DNA of 64,000 nt from Azolla caroliniana (lineage: Eukaryota > Plantae > Polypodiophyta), in contig JBHGNT010000009.1 in assembly GCA_043228905.1 (NCBI GenBank), forward strand, positions 10,664,001-10,728,000. Reading direction: 5' to 3'. Below the pieces are notes generated by a model, which was not told where the DNA came from, did no database searches, and saw nothing but the letters and a program-made list of their open reading frames with translations. The position numbers were made by a program, and so were the translations under genes. This document shows, in pieces, positions 58,137-64,000 of this stretch. Position 1 is the first letter of the stretch. Every line of letters begins with the position of its first letter.

Positions 58137-60664
58137 GTGCTTTAATAGTGGCTATGTGACGCGTGGTGTGCTTTAAATGGCTGACATCACACCGTTTTGA
58201 GGTGTCTGTTCATTTTTTAATGGCCTTCATTTTTCTTTTTTTCTTTTTTTTTTTCTCTTTACCTGAAATCGCCACGTCTTTACTCCTCGCTCTTGCATGA
58301 TGGTTTTATTATTATTTTATTTTATTATCACGCGTGGTATTCTAAACCCTTGTATCCGGAAACACCGGATCCGTTGTATGTTCCTACTCTTTGTTGCCAG
58401 CTATCCGCTTGCCGTTCCCAATTTCTGCTTCGGCATCCAGTTGTTTGAATGGGTTGCACGACTAGGTCCGTAATACGGTTTTAGTCGGAAACCGTTTACC
58501 CACTTATCCACGACTTCATCGGCCAACGTTCCTAGCTGATACGAGCCTTTAAACTCTCGTGTTATCCAATACGGTCTGGTCCACTGGAACCGTAGCTTCC
58601 TCGGCATTTTGCCCATCCGGGTTTGAAATACTAACACCGGCTTGCCGATTCTGAACATTTTCTCGTTCCCTTTCCGGTGCCGGTCGACGAACGCTTTCCG
58701 TCGTCATTGCTCAAGTTCCAACTGCAGAATGCTAGCTATCCGGTGTTCTTCTAATTCGCACAATGTTGTTATTCGGATTTTTTCCGATTCCTTCTCACTT
58801 AACTTTTCTCGTACTTGAATTCACAAACTCGGAATTTGAAACTCTATCAGCATGACCGCTTCTAATCCGAAAGCTAACCGGAATGGTGTTTTTCCGGATA
58901 CTTGTTTTGTACGCGGTTTGGTAAGCCCACAACGCACTCTGCAGCTTCGTGTCCCAGTCAGTGCGGTTTTCATTGACTATTTTCTGGAGGATGTTCTGCA
59001 AGGTCTTGTTAGTGGATTCAGTCAATCCATTGGCTTGCGGATAATAAGGTGTACTCCGCTTTTGTATGATCGCATAAAACGTCGTCAAGCTCTCTACTAC
59101 TTGCCCGGGGAAATGTCCTCCTTGATCACTGATCAGTTCTATCGGGCATCCATACTGGCACTAAATGTACTCGTATAGGAACTTGGCCGTTGAGGTCGCG
59201 GTATTATCCCGAAGTGCCTTTGCTTCCACCCATTTGGTGCAATAGTTTGTTGCTACAATGATATACCAGTTCCCAGTCTACATTGCTGGAGGATTGAAAG
59301 GTCCGACGAAGTCCAATCCCCATTTTTGAAACGCCTCCAGTGGTAACACCGGCTGGTGTGGCATCGTTGCTTGTTCTGTTGGTTGGCCCATCCGTTGACA
59401 TAAGTCGCATTCCTTTTCATACCGAATCGAGTCCTTCAGTGTTGTTGGCCACCACAATCCACTTCGCCATATCTTCCTTGCCGTTGCATCTCCGGCATAA
59501 TGTCCTCCGGCGACTCCACAATGAGCTTCCCGTAAAATTGTCTCCTTTTCGTCGCTCTGAACTGGTCTTCGCCATATACCATCCGCTCCCTTGTGGTATA
59601 GTGTATCTTGCAGTAAACAAAAATGTTGGCTTTGTACCGCCAGCCTCTTCCATTCGTCCTGGTTCAGTTCTTCCGAAGGCAATCTGGTACTTAAAAACTG
59701 ATGCATATTCATCAGCCATTTATCCTCGGCAACCGTCCCGTCCACTGTATTCTCCGTTGTTACCCTAAACAATTGCGCATCCGGAAGGTCATCTTTGACG
59801 TTACCGCCTGCCTCTCTGGATTCTAACCGGCTCAAGTAATCCGAGACCGCATGTTGTACTCCCGGTCTATGGTAAATCTCGAATTCGAACTCCTGTAGAA
59901 GCAATGTCCATCGTGCTAGTTTGCCGGTTAGCGATGCCTTGGAGACCAAGTACAGTAATGCCGAATTATCCACATGGAATGAGAATCTCCGTCCCAGCAA
60001 GTAGTGACGGTACTTCGTTATGCTGTATATCATTCCCAAGGCTTCCCTTTCCGTTGTTGAATAATTCCGTTCCGCTTGGGCAAGCTTCCGACCGGCGTAG
60101 TAAACCGGCCGGTACCACTTCGGTTCGGTGAGCTGCATAAGAACACTGCCAATCGCAATATCATATGCGTCCACGAACACATGAAATTCCTTCGACCAAT
60201 CTAGGGGTTGTACAACTGGTGCCTAGGAAAACATTATTTTGAGTGCATGGTATGCCTTATCCTCCTGTTCTGTCCATTGGAAAGGTGTTCGGTGTACAGT
60301 TGCGCGTAGTGGTGTCGCAAGATCGGCCAAGTATCGGAGTATCTGGCTATGCCACCGTATTTGCCCTAAAAATCGGCTCAAAGCTTTGGCGGTTGTTGAT
60401 ACCGGTGCTTCCAAAATGGTTTTAACTTTATTTGGGTCCACTGCAATCCTGTCCTTACTCACAATATGGCCTAGTAGCGTGTTGTTGGAATACGCATTTC
60501 GTCGGGTTCAGACTTAACCGATAACCTCTGCATTTCTCCAGGCATAACCGTAGATGGTCAAGATGTTCTTCTTTCCTGTTGTACACCGCAAAGTCATCCA
60601 AGAACACTTGCATAAATGCAGGGATAAAATCCCCAAAAATTTCCATGATGATTCGTTGGAACGT

Positions 60665-60888
60665 TGTCACGTTGTTACGCGCGTGCGTGGAGAACAAGGC
60701 GGGACCACGGGGGCCTTGGACCGAGAAATAACCGAATGAGAAGAGGGGAAGGAAACCACCGATGTACTTCACATGCGCACGGACACACAGATTCACAGGA
60801 GTTGAACAATGGAGACAAAACGAATGTATATGTATATGTAAACCAAGGAGTTACAACTGGCAAGCCGGCGAGTGATAGGCTCCAACGC

Positions 60889-60924
<36 letters not shown>

Positions 60925-63900
60925 TGCGAGATGGAGACTCTACCAGAAGCACTCAGGCGTTCCGCGGAGCAGAGTCAGCCTAGGATTTCACCTCAGCCGA
61001 CTTGTACCTATCTGTGTACTTATAAAACAAAACTTGTGCCCACGTGTAAGGGCCGGTTTACGCACGTTATACCCGGTTTCCGCCTAGGAACGGTTTTCTC
61101 CATGACATCCGCCCCCACCTAATCGTGCATCCACTGGTAGGCGCCAAAATGAGACTCTTGCCGGAGAAGACCGGCCCATGCTTATCCTTCATCTTCCGGA
61201 TCGACATCCGTTCCGAGCCGGTCATCGTTGCTATCCAGGTCGTCCAGGTCCGATTCAGCCTCGTGCCGCTTTTTGAATGCTTTGATCCTTTTCCCTACCA
61301 CCGGTACCGTCATCATTGTCCCGTCGAGGTCGGCGAGATGGTAGGTCCCATTGTCGTTGGCGCTTGTCACCGCATAAGGCCCGAACCACCTTCTTGCAAA
61401 CTTCCGCGTTGCCCTATGCTGGTTGTCGAGGCTGCTGTCATACACTAGAACCCAGTCGCCTTCCTCGATCTTCTTCGGTCTCAATCGGTGAGTCCGATCA
61501 AACCGTAGCTTCTCCACGGCTCGGTCCACATCCTCCAGTCTTCGCTCCAGATGCCGAATTCGTGCCGCTAATAGCTCCTCCAAGCTCATCTTGTCTTTCC
61601 AGTCCACGTGGCCCATGAGGAGATTGTCTGCTCCGTTGGCATGATCGGCTTTTGCCCGTACATTAGCTCTGCCGGCATGAACCCGGTTACCGAACTGTGT
61701 GTAGTTTGGTCCGCCCACAACGCATAGGGTAAGAGCCGCGGCCAGTTCTCGACTTGGCCTCCATACGCCCGTACTAACGCTTTGATGATAGGCCCGTGTC
61801 CGTGTTCCACCTTCCCGTTAGCCTCCGGATTGTACACTGTGGTGAGCGAGAGTTTAATCCCTAGCCGGTCAAACAACTCTTCCACCTCTTGTGCGTCCAA
61901 TTCTCCGCGGTCGGCCACGATCTTACCCACGGACCCATACCGGCATACCACTTCTTCGATCAAAAATCGGCACACGGCCGCGGTCGTTTTGTTTTGCAAC
62001 GCTCGAACTTCCACCTGGTTCGTCAAGTCCTCCCGAGCCAACACCAGATACCGCATCTGCCCTACCCCCATCGACATCGTCACCAGATCCACCATCCACT
62101 TGAAGTGGACGGCCGGAGGGTAGGTCGGGTGAAGCTTGTCCTGATGTCAGACTATGGAGTGCACCTGACAGCTTTCGAAAGTCGTCACGAACCGATGCAA
62201 GTCCCGGTATAGTCCCGGCCACCAATACTTCCCCTTTAGCTTCTCGAATGTGGCCCACGTCCCGCGGTGTCCGGCCCAAGGACTCTCGTGGTATGCCGTC
62301 AACAATTCTTCCTGTTCCTCTTTCCTCACCACTACTCGGAGCGGGATGCCGTTTCTCTTCTTTGGGTGCTTCCATATGCTCCCGTCCCGTAGGAAGAATC
62401 GATACGCTTTCTTCCGAATCCGGTTGGTCTCTTCCTTTGTCCACGCCGCATCTGGTGTCATTGTCTTCAGGAACCCGCCAATCTGGAGCCACTCCCCGTC
62501 GTACTTGCTCTCATCGAATTCGTTAAGCGCCGGAGTGCTCCCCTTCCTTGTTGTTACGTAAGCCGTCTCGAAGAAGTCCACACCGACTTCCTCGTACTCC
62601 GAAACCATGCCGTCCTCGTCATCGAACCTCGCTCTCGAAAGCATGTCGGCCATGGCATTGTCTTTTCCGGAAATGTGTCGTATTTCCAGATTCAGGGACT
62701 TGATGTATGCTATCCACCTGAGCATTGCCAGGTCCGACGTCGCGCATCCGGAAACCATGCTGAGAATTGGTAGGCAATCCATCTCGATTATCACCTCTGT
62801 CCCGATCAGGTAGTCTTTATCGGCCTTGACCGCCAAAAAGATACCCCACAGTTCGCGTTTAACTTGGGCGTATCCTTGATGTCGCTCACCGAGGACTTTC
62901 GTGCCGAACTGGATGGGAAACCTCGCGTCATCGTCATCCTCTTGGTTGATCACCCATTCAATCCTGATCGGACTCGTGTCCACGGTCACGTAAATCGGAG
63001 TGTCTTTGCTGTAGACAACCTTTCAGAGCACCGGTGCCGCGGCAAGTGCTTCTTTCATCTTTTGGACCGACTCCGTATGCTCGTCTCTCCACTCGAATTT
63101 ACGCCCTTTTTTCAACAACCCATAGAGCGGCTCCGCGACATGGGCGTACTGCAGGATCCAGATATGGTAGAACACACATGCCCCCAGGATCCTTCGGACC
63201 TCCGTAACTGAGCCCCCAGTATCACCGGATGCGAGGATGTGTTCTGCACGAAGAAGTGTTGATCGATCTCGACATCGCCGATTTTCACTCGTACATTCGG
63301 GTAGGCTCCGTGTAGCTCCTCCGTGGCGCGCATTGCTGCCCGTATCTTCCACCCATGCTTGGTGTTGATCGGCCACTTTCCCTTCTGGTAGAAGTCCATG
63401 GACATCAAGTTGATCTCTGAACCGTGGTCTACCAACGCCACCACCGGCTCCTGGATGTACCTGATCCGAACAGGGGTTTCCGTAGTGGCCCTAGCCCAAT
63501 GTAGCCTCGAGTAGTGGCTTTCCGCCAATTCGTCCTCCAGGGCCATGTCTTCTAGGTGCATCGTTCGCACCTCCACCGGCTTCTCCGGCTCCAGCTCCGG
63601 CTCCGTCGAAAGCCTTTTCTGCTTCACGAAGTCTACGAGGGAGTCGTGGAACACCTTCTTGGCGATACTGAGCATTTCCCTCAGCGATAGCTCCACTTTG
63701 GTGTTGAGGATCCGTTCCTCCAGGACCTTTCGTAGGTCCGTGGTCCTTTCGATCTCTGTGCTCAATCGATAACCAGCCTTCTTGGCCTTGTCCGGTGCGT
63801 CGGATGCATCGACATCATCTTGCTTCGGCCCGAACTGGGTCTCATACCGTTGTGAGGGTCCCCCCCCCCCCGGTCTTTCCCGCGCGCTTGTCTTCCACCA

Positions 63901-64000
63901 GAACCTCGTAGTTCTGGCACGCGACTTCCACGAAGTCTATCTTCTCTTCGACCGGGTCACTCCACCCGATTACCTCCCGGACCAGTCTTTCCGCTGTCGC
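60665..64000 (-). mobile_element. Ty3/gypsy element (gag end, protease, RNaseH, integrase, 3' LTR) lacking the RT catalytic domain; runs off the right edge
   Basis: LTR 60665-61107 (TGTCACG...CATGACA) followed by a PPT complement tccgcccccacct; integrase 61182-62095; RNaseH and HHCC in 62147-62989; protease ALVDHGSEINLM in 63112-63765, joined directly to RT thumb (SVTEVRRILG) near 63212. Confidence 0.88.

Larger units (their letters stand above)
49452..60664 (-). mobile_element. non-chromovirus Ty3/gypsy element with a long extra 3' ORF; interrupted by copia D and cut in RT by another gypsy
   Basis: RT (QVFLDDF) ~60200-60664, RNaseH/integrase 59278-60180, integrase C-terminus 58401-59088, extra ORF 55298-58136; probable 3' LTR 49452-49808 (TGTAACA...CATGACA, boundaries uncertain). 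Confidence 0.78.

Overview
Eukaryotic land-plant genomic DNA; the repeat content suggests a large-genome seed-free plant such as a fern, but that is inference. Two spliced host genes lie on the + strand. The first is a 7-exon, ~707-aa PARN/CAF1-family protein (14178-19759) that has lost most DEDDh catalytic residues and resembles Arabidopsis RRD1. The second is a 7-exon, ~324-aa plant NERD-domain protein (27223-41155). Most of the rest is a nested stack of transposons: several Ty1/copia elements with tRNA-iMet primer sites, several Ty3/gypsy elements (a chromovirus, non-chromovirus types, one with a long extra ORF, one missing RT), three solo LTRs, two hAT-type MITEs, and a repeat found upstream of both genes. 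I see no CRISPR array, rRNA or tRNA gene. The most notable observations are: (i) an apparent capsid-domain swap between two otherwise closely related copia elements; (ii) a short-LTR gypsy lineage with 4-bp target duplications and an integrase that looks animal-like; (iii) the intact pseudo-deadenylase; (iv) a deletion/inversion/templated-insertion scar in the chromovirus. All alignments and counts were done by eye; no database search was run.
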